64,000 nucleotides of DNA from Vicugna vicugna. Its lineage: Eukaryota. Under the pieces are notes generated by a model. That model was not told where the DNA came from. It did not search any database and saw only the letters and a list, made by a program, of their open reading frames with translations. The position numbers were made by a program, and so were the translations under genes. Positions 50,196-63,419 of the stretch are shown piece after piece. Position 1 is the first letter of the stretch; every line of letters begins with the position of its first letter. The stretch is taken from positions 4,588,001 through 4,652,000 of the forward strand of contig MU058213.1 of NCBI GenBank assembly GCA_013265495.1. Direction: 5' to 3'.

Positions 50196-51479
50196 AAGGA
50201 ACTTAGGATCAATGTGGAAGTTCTTGATTGTCCAAGATATGACCTCACCTCATTTGGAAGCAGGAAAAGCCCACCTATTGTGTGGAAGGGACCTATCATG
50301 AATTTACATCCCAGAAGAGGCTTCTGCTCAACGGAAGGTCCAGCGCCTGCCAGCCTTCCTGGGCCTGACAGCGCCACTTCAAGCTTGTCCCCTACCCTCC
50401 TGCCAGCCCGGGGTGACCTTGACCCAGCCCTGCCACGTTCAGGACACAGAGAACTGTTTCTGGGTGTGCTCTCATTTCTGTCTGCTCCAGGGAACCAGCC
50501 TGGCACCTGGGACTTCATGCCTTTCTGTCTCCCAAGGCTGATGGGGAGTTTTTTCTCTCTAAGCCTTGGACCCATCCTCCTTGGCTTGAAGTCAAAGCGA
50601 CCATTCTGGCAGACCCAGGGGCTGCACCCCCATCCTCCTAGGCTCAGCCCATCCGTGACTCTCCACATGGCTCTTCTGCCCCAACTCCATCCCCACCTGA
50701 AGGCAGAGAAGCTGCTGCCCTCCATGACTCCCCGGGTGCCTGGGTCAGTGTGAATACTGGCTGCATGGCCCCATCCCTGGCTCCTTGTCCGGGCTTTCTG
50801 GATTCTGTTTGTTCCACTCACCTCCTTCCCTGCCCCTCGGTGGTTGTACCCTTGTTCCCAGGCACTCCTGGGTGCCCCAGCACCTAGCACAGAGATGCTC
50901 AAAAAATACCTGTTGACTGAACAATCTCTTCCTTGGACATTTCAACTCCACACCTAAGAGCTTCTCTAGAAAACCCTTTATGAGAAGGACTTACACTGTC
51001 ATTTGTTGTTCCAATTTTACATGCCCAGTCTGTGATCCTCACAGCAGTCTGGGGAGGCAGGCATTACTATTCCAGTCCTACAGATGAGGAAGTTCAGGGC
51101 TGAGCCTACCCAGGTGGGAAGGGGCAGGGCTGGGACCCGCCCCCCCTAGTACCTCTAGGACCAGCCCTGCTCCTCGGGTGCCCGGGCCCATCTGGTCAGT
51201 TCTAGGGTGAACCCACTCTGTGCCAGCCTTGGGGGTAATAACTGGGGTGGGGGCTGGGAGAGGCTTTCAAATGACTTTCAGTCTGATGTGGGGGTGGAAG
51301 CGGTGGTTCTACCACCAGGGCGAGAGGGAGCTGAGCTCAGCTGAGGGAAAAGCCCCCGATTCCATGGAGTTTGGGGTGACGTACAAACAACAATTTATAT
51401 CATAACCAGGGACAAACTTTGCCCAAAGGACTTCTACCAGTTGAAAAACTTTACTGTTAAATCCCAGTCCAGAAATAAA

Positions 51480-52100
51480 GGCAGCCCCAGCTGAAGGACG
51501 GGGTGGAGTACGTCACATCTCATCGAGACATTGAGGGACATCCTCCCCGAGGGGCTTATTCCTTTCCCGGCAGTAGCTGCTGGGACTTGAGGACAGGACC
51601 ATATCTTCCCGGGCTCCTTCCTGGCAGCAGACCCCGGCCGCCGGGAAACGCGGGCTGAGCAGACCCCGGAGGGACGCCCCGGGACGCGAGGAGGGACGGC
51701 AGCCCGAAGGGGAGGCACCGGTGAGCGAGGACGTCTCGCTTTTCTATTTCTGGAGGGTGGAGCGCAGTGAACTGGGCAGGCCACGAGGAGCAGACGCCCA
51801 AGCGCAGACACAGGTGAGCCGCGCTCGGACGAACCACCGCGAGAGAATCCGAGCGCGCCTCACGCCTGCGTGCGGGGCGCCTGCGTGCGGGGCGTTGTCG
51901 GGGGTCGGCTGCCTCGGAGGCCCTGGGAGGAAGCAGGTACGCGGGGCTGCGGGGTCTTATCCGCCTCCTGGGCATGGTCATGCTCCCCCTCCCTCCTGCT
52001 CCCCCCGCACCCCTCCCTAGAGACCCCGGGGGTGCAAACCCAGCCCCTGGCCGGGGTGGGGGTGGGGTGGGGTAGCAGAGCTGGCTGTGGGGACGGGTCT
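51480..52100 (+). promoter_or_regulatory. CpG island with promoter / first-exon features; the associated transcript is not identifiable in the window
   Basis: Highest CpG density in the window. Donor-like sites CCG|GTGAGC (51720/1) and CAG|GTGAGC (51813/4). CRE-like TACGTCA at ~51509. G-rich downstream flank. Confidence 0.65.
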
Positions 52101-54539
52101 GTCGTGGGGAGAGAGGGAAGCCGGAGGAGGGTGCCAGGGAGGCCCATGTCCCAAACAGCCTGTCACCAGGTCACTTTGTTTCACTCTGTTCCTAAGGGGA
52201 GGCTCTGAAGCAACGGGGATGTGACTGTTCCAGGGTGAGAAGAAAGTTCTGGAGCCCTGGATGTGGGGAATAAGACAGGCCTGGATGGGACCCTGAGGTG
52301 GATGGTGTAGACACGGAGGGCAGGTTGAGGCTATGAAACGAACAGGAGAGTAAGACAGACAGACAGAAAGACAGACAGAGGCAGAAGCATCCCGGAGCCC
52401 AGGAGGCAGGAGAAACCCGCCATGGAGAAACACCATGGCCTTTCCCCTCTCGGAGCCTTGGAGGTCCTAGGGTGGGGGCAGGTGCTGAAAGGCCCCAAGT
52501 CAGGCGGTGAACCCCATACTGGCTGCTTGCCTGGCAGGGGCGGGGTAGAAGTCCCTGAAGCTATAAATGGGTCCAAGTCTTTCCAGCAGGACGCCCTGTG
52601 GACAGGAAGGATGAGCCATGGGGGGTTGGGAAAGTGGGAGACTGCTCTGGAGACAGCTAGAAGCTTCTAGGCCGTCACCCTTAGCACACCCACACCTCCC
52701 TGCCGGCCTCTTCTTCTCTGCAGGAGGGTTAGAGGCCAAGACGGACCGGGGGTGGTCCTTCTCATTCTTCTCCCATCCTGTCCAGAGGGAAGGGGATGCT
52801 TTCTCACACGGGGGAAAAGGGTGGGGCAGGGTCGGGGGAGGGGCGAAAAAGGAGGAATGGGAAGGGAAGGCTGTGTCCCCAGCGCAGCTTGGGAAAAGGC
52901 CTGGGCAGCAGCCAAGGCCCAGCCACCTCCGGAGGAGAGCAGATGGCCTGGGCTCTCCCTCCTGAGAACTCCAGAACATCCCACCCTCCTCTGTGCTTCC
53001 CACGTTTCCTCAGATGCTTGTGAATCTGGCTCTAACTCTCATATCCCTGCTTATTGTTTCCTCTCAGATACTCCTCTTAGCTTCTACCTCAGCTGAAATC
53101 TGAAGCTTAGTTTCTTTGTCTCTCAGACTTATGTGAACGAGAGGACCCTAGGCAGAGGCAAATAGTTCTCACTGTACTTCCTTCTTAGGGCTCCAAGGAC
53201 TCAAAATTGTTGCTATGGGGATTCCTTCATTTGTAGAGTAACTGTTTTCAGAAAACAGAATGATTCACAAGTTTTTAAAGGAGGAACAGAGTCCTTGGGG
53301 ACGATATGATGTAATAGGGTTTAGGAGAGGAAGGATGCCTGGCTTCAGTTTGTATACTTTTTCCCTTTCCTCTTGGACTCTTGTGCAGGCTCAGGGCCCA
53401 CGAGCAGCTCCCTCAGAGCCTCATTCTGCACACAGTGTTCTGGCTGATGCCTGACACCCGTTTGCCTCTTCAAAAACTCTTGAGAGCAGGTGTTTAAAAT
53501 AATGTTAAAAACGCCCATCTAGGCTCACCAGGGAGTTCCTGTAAGAGTCTCTGAAAGTATCTTCGAGGCTATTTCTGGGACTAGCTGGCTGGATGAAGTT
53601 ATTAGCTTGAGGGTGCCACAGGGTCTTTGCACATTCAGCTGCGTTCTGACTGGCCCAGCAGAGGACTTTCCCTCTACTGACTCTCTCTGAAAAGTTTGTA
53701 GTTATCAGTGCAGACTGGAAACTGAGGGTCCACAAAAGGGGAGGGAATGACCCAAGGCCTCATTGTATGTAAGTTGCAGAGTTAAGCCCAGGAGCTAGGC
53801 CTTCTTAGTAGCTGTGGCCAGTGGAGCAGGAGCTGCGGGGATGCTTTTATGAATAAACATATTGTCTAATAGTCAGCAAAGAAAAGGAGGTTGATTGGTG
53901 GAAGTCATCTAAAGAAAGAATGAGGGGCTAAAATGAGAATTAACATCTGATTGAGATGTCCTTTTCTTTTTGAGAAAGTGCTGCACTGGGAGTCAGCTGT
54001 GTGACCTTGAGGAAGCCACTCTCCCTCTCTGGGCCTCAACTTTCTCACCTGCTGAATGAGAAGGCTAGGCTTGAATGAGTACAGATCCCTTCTAGGAATG
54101 ACATGCTTGTATACTTCCCTTGAGCTGGAAATACTCGTGAGAGTCTCTCCATGCCAGAATTGTTGTTTAAGGATCCTTGGTGGCCCACACCCCTTAGTCT
54201 GGAGCTCAAGGTTCTGTGTGATCTGTGCTCACTTTCCAGTCTCATCTTTCCAGTCTTTTTTTTTTTTTTTGCTTCTTTTGCTACTCCTGTGGATTACTTG
54301 TTCCACAGTCTTGCTGACACCCTCAGTACAGAGCATGCCTCCTCCCCTACCAGTGCCCTGGCCAGAAGAAGTCCAGCTAGTCCATCAGCTCTCAATTAAG
54401 ATGCCTCCTCCTTTGGAACCCTTCCCCACATCCTGAGTTTGGGTCATAATCCTGTATGCACCATCATTGCCTTCACCTGAACACGTGTTGTAATTATCCA
54501 GGCATTCAGTTCACTACATATTCCTGAATGATTAGCATG

Positions 54540-55330
54540 TGTTGTGACAATGACAAATTTGGACATAGTTCTGCCTTCATGGTGGACAAAGGGAGATATT
54601 AATTAAATAATCACACTCCTGAATGTGTAACTGCAGAGAAGTATGAAGAAGGAAAAGTGTTCCTTGAGTTCTTGTCTGAGATCTGGGAAGGAGAGGGTGG
54701 GATGTGGAAGGGAGATGTTCCCTGGAAGGGAGGACCACGTGCTGACTCTGGCAGAAGGGAGTGTGGAGGATGAGAAGGGCTGGAGGAAGGCCAGGGTGTG
54801 GGGAGGACTCCCAAAGTGGGGAGTTGGAGGGGTAAACCAAGTGGGGTGGGGAGAGGCCAGCCCTTGAGGGGCCAGGGTTGAGGGGTGTTGTCTTGATCAG
54901 AGGAGCCATCTGGGCAGCCTGTGAGGGGTTTCTAAGAGGGGAGTGGCAGATCAAATTTGTGTTTCCGAGCAATTATCTTGGTTGCTGTGCGTAGCCTGGA
55001 GTGGTGACTTGCAGCCCCAGTTGTGTTGGAAGCACAGAGAAGTTTGAAGAGGACCCACACTTTGGCCTCCCCTCCAGATATCCCCATTCAGTTGGTCTGG
55101 AGGGAGGCAAAAGGGAAGAAGGCGCTCAGTAGGAGACCCTGCAAGGTGCACCTGGGAGATGAGAGCACCTTGGGCCAAAATAAGGTCCAGGGATGTTTAG
55201 AGATGAAATGGACACAGTTTGGCAGTTAATTCCCATGGGGATGAAGGAGAAGGCGGTGTCAAGGATGAGCCCTGAGTTTCTGGCTTGTGCAAGTAGACAG
55301 AAGGGGTGGCATACTGAGACGAGAACACAG
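54540..55330. mobile_element. L2 LINE fragment
   Basis: L2-like blocks (tctgccttcatgg; gagccatc..gagggtttctaag; gatgaaggagaaggcggtgtcaaggatga..agtttctggcttg). Confidence 0.6.
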
Positions 55331-56226
55331 GCAACGCTGAGGTGTTGGGGCACAGGCAGCGGATCGCAGAGACAGGCCCCTGAGTACCCCCGGCATCTCC
55401 TGATGCTGGGTGCCTGTGCAGGGCTGGAGGCCGGGCTTTGGCTGGGCCCCGCAGCCCCACGGACCACTCACCCCCAGAGGCTGCAGTGGGCGGGGAGCAG
55501 CTCTTGGAGGGTGGCTGTGACCCTTCCTTCGGGCTTCAAATGGAGATGCGAGGGAGGCCCAGAGGCAGAGAACACCCCAGCCAGCAGATCCCAGGAGCCT
55601 GTCCCAGGCAGCCTAGCATATGGTAAAGGCATAATACTGCACATTTGGAAAGAGTAACGGCACTAAGTGGTCCCGAGGCCGTGCGCGGGTGTCAGCGGGG
55701 CTCCTGCCTGCCTCGGATTTAGTGGGCACTTGTGGGCAATGGGAGCTGGCCGTCAGCTTCCGCAGAGTCCCTCGGCAGGATTTGAGAGCAGTCTGAAAAT
55801 CTGTCCATGTTCATTTCCTCCAGCCATTTGATGCAGGAGAGAAAGACTCCACTTGGAATTGGGGAACTGAGTCCTAGGCCTGTTTTGGTGGGTGACAAAT
55901 TTTGTGACCGTGGGTAAGTCACTGATCTCACCAGATCCTGGAAGGGACAGGAGCAGTAGGAACACCCAGACCTGCCCTCTCTAGAGGCCCACGGGCTCCC
56001 TGGCCGTGCCACAGACCCTGGGCAAAGCGCAACCAAGTTTCCTGGAGGAAGATGGGGGTGAGGATGAGGTGGGAGAAGGGAGGAAAAGAGGAGGGAGGGT
56101 TGAGGGGGAGGAGGAGAGGGAAACCTGTCTCCCCACTACCACCAGGACCACTCCTACCCTGTCTTCCCTGCGTCTTCACCTGTGGGCAGGAGGAATTGCA
56201 GTATGTGTTTACACCACAATGACTTT

Positions 56227-56716
56227 TTTTCCTCTTGATTTTTTTTTAAATTGCAGTATAGTTGATTTACAATGTTGTGTTAATTTCTGGTGTACAGCGT
56301 AGTGATTCAGTTATATATACATATTTATATTTTTTCATTATAGGTTATTATAAGCTATTGAATGTAGTTCCCTGTGCTATACAGTAGGACCTTGTTATTC
56401 ATCTATTCTGTATATAGTAGTTTGTACTTGCTGATTCCAAACTCCTAATTTATCCCTTCCCCTCTTTGCCCTTTGGTAACCATAAGTTTGTTTTCTGTGT
56501 CTGTATGTCTATTTCTGTTTTGTAAATAAGTTCATCTGTATCTTTTTTTTTAGATTCCACATGTAAGTGATGTCATATATTTGTCTTTCTCTGATTTACT
56601 TCACTTGGTAAGATAATCTCTAGGTCCATCCATGTTGCTGCACATGGCCTTATTTCATTCTTTTTTTTATGGCTGAGTAGTATTGCATTGTGTGTGTGTG
56701 TGTGTATATATATGTG

Positions 56717-56761
<45 letters not shown>

Positions 56762-57373
56762 CTCACAGCTTCTTTATCCAGTCATCTGTCAGTGGACATT
56801 TAGCTTGTTCCCATGTCTTGGCTATTGTAAACAGTGCTGCTGTGACCACTGGGGTGCATGTATCTTTTTGAACTGGAGTTTTCTCCAGACGTATGCCCAG
56901 GAGTGGGATTGCTGGATCATATGGTTACTCTGTATTTTTGTTTTTTTAAGGAAGCCCCATACTATTTTCCATAGTGTCTACACCAAATTACATTCCCACC
57001 AACAGTGTATGAGGGTTCCCTGTTCTCCACACCTTCTCCAGCATTGGTTGTTTGTGGACTTTTGAATGATCGCCATTCTGACCAGTGTGAGGTGATACCT
57101 AACTGTAGTTTTGATTTGCATTTCTCAGATAATTAGCGATATTAAGTGTCTTTTCATGTGCCTTTTGACCATCTGTAGGTCTTCATTGGAGAAATGTTTG
57201 TTTAGGTCTTCTACATATTTTTTGATTGGGTTGTTTGGTTTTTGGTTATTGAGTTGTACGAGCTGTTTGTATATTCTGAAAGTTAAGCCCTTGTCAGTCC
57301 CATCTTTTGCAAATATTTTCTCCCATTCTGTAGGTTATATTTCATTTTGTTTATGGTTTCCTTTGCTGTGCAA
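56227..57373 (-). mobile_element. 5'-truncated LINE-1 (~1.1 kb; 3' UTR plus degenerate ORF2 C-terminus)
   Basis: Typical antisense L1 (ggagtgggattgctggatcatatgg; ttggagaaatgtttgtttaggtctt). Probable TSD CACAaTGACTTT (56215-56226) / CACAgTGACTTT (57374-57385). Confidence 0.92.
56689..56760. repeat. Compound (TG)n/(TA)n microsatellite inside the L1
   Basis: Seen directly; it explains the CVCVCV ORFs. Confidence 0.95.
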
Positions 57374-60300
57374 CACAGTGACTTTAAATGAAACTCCATG
57401 GTTGCACTTCAAGTTGTTTTTATGTTTCATTTTACTTCTGTATGAGCACCTGTAATAACTACACCAGTACATGCATTTTTTGTGTTTGTTTGTAAGTGCT
57501 TTCCTCAAACGTTTTTGTACACCCCCCCAGTCCCTTTACATATGCCTGTAACCCAAGGTGACGGTTACTGAAAGCTTGCCTTTTCCTCCTTGTACATTCA
57601 AACATATTCACATGTAAGCAGTGTCACTCCTTTTCTGTCACTGTTTGTTTTACAGAAGTTACATCACACAATAAACAATTCTCTGCCATTTGTTTTGCTC
57701 TCTGAACAGTAAATACACCACGAAAATCCCTCTGCGTGAGCAGATAGACTTATTCTTTGTTTATTCTTATTTATTTGTCTATTCTTATCTCTTTATTCTT
57801 ATTCTTTGGTGTGTAATATTCCATAATATGGACTTAATAAAGCACTCCTACCCGGCCAGAAGTTTTTTCCCCCACTGGTAAAATAGAAAGAGGTTTTTTT
57901 TTTTTTTAATGCTGAAGATTTTAGTGAGGTCTTTTTACCTGGCAGGGAGCTGAACTAGATGGTTGAAGAGCAGAGACTGGCAAGCACTGCATGTAGGTTT
58001 GTTGGTAAAGACAAAGTGTGGGTTTTGTTTCAAGGAGTCCACTGTGCTGCCTGTGGGGTGAGAGCTGTGTCCCTTAGCAGTCCTGGAAACTCATGCCTGC
58101 AGGAGTGAAGCCTCGCATTAAACCCCCTGGCAGAGGGCAGCCCTCATGGAGAAAATTCTAGCGGTAAAGTGCAGAGGTCAGAAATTATCTGATGTGCCAT
58201 GTGGCCAAGACATGAAGCAAAGTAGGAAAAAGTGGGGTTATTCAGTGTGTTGGCTGAACAGTCCCCTCTTCCCCATTGACTTTGCCCCAGGAATTTCAAT
58301 AGCTCCAGGTTATTTTTGGTGTTTAGTTTCCCCTCATTGGAGATTGAGCCACCCATCTCTTGATTTTCTAACTGCAGGACGGATGAAAGTCTGAGATTTC
58401 AATCAAAAGCTTAAGAAAATAATAATCCTTGGTTGCCCTAATTCTTTCCTGAAAATACCTCACACTGACAGAAATTGTCGTTAAGCCCCTTTTCTCTTCT
58501 GTCGTGCTTTAAATTTCTTCCTTAATTAAAAAGAAGTATTTACCTGATGTGAGCTCCTAAGTGCTTAGTTATTTTAACTGACCTTGTTTCTTTTTTCCTT
58601 ATCTTAACCAGTGACTTGATAACTCTGTAACTTCCTATTCTCCTCTCTTAACGTGCCCATTGTCTCTGTCACGGAGGGAACATAACAGGGAACTTTATAA
58701 TCAGTCCATTTCTATTCCCACGGCATGAAAAGCTGTGTCGGTAACAAACAGAAAGCAGAGAGTCCCTAAATCAACTGGCCCTAAATTGACTTTTTGTCCT
58801 TAGCGGAGATTTTAGAATGGTGTTCTCAGAATAACATTTCACTTTCATTCAACCGTACCAACATATGATGACATTATCTGAAAATTAATGGAGAATTAAT
58901 GTCCACATTCCAAAGTACCTGGCTGAATTCACTGTGTAAAAAAAAAGAGGTGGGGGGCAGCAAACGGATACAGCACTGAACCCCAGCAACTGTTGATTGA
59001 CAGAATTTTTTTCCCATCCCTTAAGGCGATCAAGTATAGTACCCAGTCTGAGAATGCCTCAAAGTCACGCCATCCAGTGAGTTGGATCCTTCAGCTCAGG
59101 GGATTGTGACAGAATTAAGTCTGACTCAACAAATGAGGTCACTGGGAAGAAGCACTGGCGTTAAATTTCCTGTTAATGCCAGGAGCTAATTTACTAAACC
59201 GTCATCTGCTTGTGGTTCCAGAAGACCGTGGGGTAAATTCCAGACACTGCCAGGGCTGCAGATAGCTCGTGCATGAAGTCACCGAAGCCCAGTCCCTGTG
59301 ACTTTTGGTGACCATCTCTCAGTACCCCAGAAAGTATTTCCAGAGACAGGATGCCATTTTGGTGTATAAAGCCTTTGAAATCTGTGTGTGTTAAATCTAG
59401 AAATGCTGTGACTCTCGGTGCCAGGAGACTCGAGTCCTGGTTCTGGTTCTGCCACAGATGTTAACTGCAATTCAAGTCACTGAAAGGCTCTTAGGGTGTT
59501 TCTAGATTAGATATTGTACTGTATCAAGAGGTGTAGGAAAGTAAGAAAAGTTACTCTGTCATTCACCGGTTGTCAGACATAAAGAATACCTTTCCCCTAC
59601 TTCTCTGAGCCCTAGGTTCTTTATCTGTCAGGGGTCTCTTCCTCTGGTAGCCCCTTGGGGGTCAACCTGGCCTTCTAGCTCATTTGTCACTGCTTCACAC
59701 ACTCTGCCTCTGGCCCTGGGGAAGCAGGAAACAGAGCTGAGCCCCCCAGCTTCCTCCTGAAATTGCCCTCCTCACAGTTTCTCAGCTGTGTCTTCCACAG
59801 TCTCTCCGAATTCTTGGCTGGGCAACCACTGTCCTTAAACTAGATCAGGTCTACTGGGTTCCTGGAGGCAGCAATGCGTAAGGGCAGCTTGTGGGACTTT
59901 GGGCCACAGATCATTTATTAATCAGCCATGTGAGCCTTGGTTTTCTCCTTTGTAAAATAGAGATAATACATCTGCTTTGCTGGGAATTTCTGAGGATGAG
60001 ATCAAAGAACATGGGTGAGAGGGCCTGGCTTATTGCAGGAGCTGAATCTGCATCCTTCTTTCCCTCCTCCTTCCCCACCCAGCTGCCTGCAGGCACCGTC
60101 TCCTCCTTCCTGATTAGATGCTCCTTTTTCTCTCTTTGCAAAAGAGATGCAGAAAGCAGATTTAGCCACCTGTCTGTGCCTTTTCCTGGAGAAGCCTTCA
60201 CAAGGCGCATCTCCCTTTCCATAGGGGCCTTCTCTGACTCTTTACATTTGGAGTTATCGGCGGTGGGGGGAACATCTGGATGTGTCACCTAGATTTTCAC

Positions 60301-63300
60301 GTTGCATCTGGATGTGTCACAGAGCCGCAGCGATAACTGCACACTGAGAATCACGTTGTTTGTGCTGCCTGCCAGCCAAGAGCCGGCTTCACGTGGGCCA
60401 ATGCGTAGGTGATGGGGTGGCCCCCGAGGACGCAAAAAGGAACTCTAGGACCTGAAGAAATGAGGAGTCAGGTAGGATCTTAGTAAATGGGTTTCACTGA
60501 AGGTGGTTGACACATTGCTCCTAAACTCCCTGCTTCCTGCTGTTTTCACCGGAGAGAACACAATGAGGGCTGGAAATCAAAGTAGGCAAAGGTTTCCTGA
60601 GTTGCTTGGGTTATTCCTTTGAATCCAGGGTCCTGGGATAACAGGGCCTATCAGCCACCCCAATTTCACACCTTCCCCTTTTCTCCATTCTGCAGGGGGA
60701 GCAGGAAGAGAGCAGGGAGGTGATTCTGGAAGGGCTGCCCTTGGTCCCACCCTCCTGGGGCCTGCCCACCACCTTCTGCCCCTCCACTCTCTCTCCATCC
60801 GTCTTCCTCCTCTCTGTTTTTTGTCTGTCCCTATAGGTGTCCAGGGGCTCGCGGGTCACCTTTGTCATCATAAACTCGTGTGTTCCAGAGTGTGCTCTGT
60901 GGAACACTTACTAGAGAATGTGCCTACCAAAAATTGATGCCCCGGGCAACTGCAGGGATTGCCGCACACTCCAGGTTGTCTTTCTCGGAGGTTCTCGATT
61001 CACATCATCTATTATGAGCCCTGAAAAATTCCATAATAAATGAATTAATGTTGCTTAGCTTGTTTTCCCCAAAACCTTTTTGATCGTGGACGCTTTGCTG
61101 TGAACTCCCAAGGAACACCTATGAGCAGGGTTTGGTGAACCACGCTGGGGGAGAAGCTGGCACGAACCACATATTATCTGTAGGAATGCTGTGAAGTTCA
61201 GAGTCGTTCATGAGAAATCTGGCATCAAAGGCCTGTGGAAAAATGTGTGTGCTGTGCTTTAATGAAAATATGACTTTCTTGTAGCTCAGAGGTCCCCACC
61301 CCTTTCGCCACGAAAGATCCTTTTCAGCTCTTTCCTCAAGGGATTCCGTGTTTTGAAAGCTTTTATCTACCCAACAAACTACATTTATTGAATAATAATT
61401 TGTTCCTTTGAGTTTTATTCATCAAAGACATATAACTGCCAATTAGTGCTTCTGATCAGTCAGATAACCACCGTTACCACACTGAGTTGATATGACTCCA
61501 GCCCAGAGCAAATAAACTTAATGTTTTATTTAGTCTGGGAACCTCATTGAGGTAAATGTATGATTTCCTTTGGGCTTTTTGAAATCTTGAAAATAGCTTA
61601 CAGACCCCCCTGACTGCTTTGCCAGAGTGCTGGGTGGGTGGGAGGCAGGACTGTGTGGAAACCCAAAGAGGACACGCATGGCTGGGAGGAAGGCAGTGAG
61701 GTGCTGGTTACTGGGACTACCCAGGGACAGTGGGGACAGTCAGGGGACGTGGCTACAGCCCCTGTGAAGCTGGAGGGTCTGTGGATCACGGAGCCCAGGT
61801 CCTGGTGAACAGATGAGAAGCCACTGGCCAGAGGCACACACGTGGGGCTCCCCAAATGTGAGCAAGAACTTGGGTGACAGCATCTGCCCCAGTGCACCCC
61901 TGTACCCACATGCCCAGAAGAGAGCTGGGGGAGAGGCAGGGCCCAGGGAGGTGGGGGCTCCTCTCCCCAGACCTCCCTGATACCCAGGACAGTTTTTGTG
62001 ATGAGCCATGAGGAGGTGAGTGACTCAGTGCCACTGCCCTCTTGGATATCACTGGGGCCCTTGAGAGCTCTGGGCCCCTGAGGTACCACCTGCTGTTCTG
62101 TGGTTGGCTCCCTCCTAACCTGGAAGGAAGAACCTCTGCTCTAGGAGCTCCTCTGGCCTGGCGCCTGTCTCCCGTGGGAGAGCCGTGAGCATCACTGAGC
62201 TGGCCTCAGACGCCGGGGACCACGGGCTCCTTTCAGAGAGACTCTGCTGATGCATTTGAACTAGGATCAGGTGTCCTGCAATCCAGTCTCCACTCTACTT
62301 TGCAGAAGAGCTGTCGGGCATTCCCTGAAGTGAGAGGGGGCTCCCCCTGGGAGGGTGGTGCTCAGGCCAAGCCTGTGCCGCCCTCACCGGCCTGCATGGG
62401 CCGGGCCCCCGGGCCCCCTGGGCCTCTGGCCCTGCCAAGCCATGGACTTCCACACCCAGCCGTGTTTCTCAGCCCTTCTCTCATCAGCCAGGACGTTTTC
62501 CCAGAAGATACAATCTGTGTCTGGCAGAAGCCCGCTTGCAAAAATAAATCTTTCCCTGAACATTTTCCAGGCCAATTTTAGAAACAAATCTGGGTGATGC
62601 CTTTTACTCATTTCCAAAGACAGACAGCCAACGCCCGAGGCCTCTCTCTGTGCAGGAATGTTCTGGAAATGGGATTTGACCTCAGAAGAACCCAACCCTC
62701 TTTGAGCAGGAGGCTGAGCTGCCCAGGTCTGGGGACATGGGTGGGATGGAGCTCACAGGTCTGGGCCCCAGAGCAGCACAGCTTCGCAGGGCGGGCCCTT
62801 CCATTGCACCTGGCCCAGTTTTCCTACAGGTGGGAGCCTTCCTGTGGCTTCTGGAAGCACCGACAGCTGCAGAGGCTGCACTCCCCCCAACACCCATTCA
62901 TTCTCTCGGGGAATATTTATTCTGAGAACCTGTTATGTCAATAGAGGCACCAGGCTCGGAGCTGGGGACACACCGTAGCCTGGCACATGTTGGGCCCTCT
63001 GTCCAAGAGGCGACAGCTGACTGAGTGATGTGGGCGTCACACAGGGCTGTGGTCCTCTGCGCTCTATACGGCATTGTCTCATTCCATTGTCACAACAGCC
63101 CTGTGAGCTGGGAAGGAAGGAAGGACGGAAGGGAGAGGGAAAGAGAAAAGGTGTTTTATTGGGTCAGTGCCCTCTGCTTCCACACACGCTGTTTAATCCT
63201 CCCAACCATACTGTGTGGTAAGAAGGTACCTCCATCCCCACTTTCACAGAAAAGAAAGCCAAGGCCCAAAGGAAGGGCCAGAGAGGGACAGACCCAAGGT

Positions 63301-63419
63301 TGGTCTGATTCCAGAGCCCCAAACTCAATCTCTCACAGGCACACACACAATCACACATGTCTGGTCTATGGGCCCTGCTCCAGGAACACCCTGTGACTGC
63401 CCCGCACACTGACACTGAC

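Noticed and set aside
50156..50902. Longest ORF in the track (248 aa, - strand) and the overlapping 179-aa + strand ORF
   Set aside because: No recognisable domain, G/R/P/S-rich composition typical of chance ORFs in GC-rich DNA, and it ends inside an L1 fragment.
56683..57455. Cys/Val-rich and hydrophobic ORFs
   Set aside because: They are translations of the (TG)n microsatellite and antisense L1 sequence.
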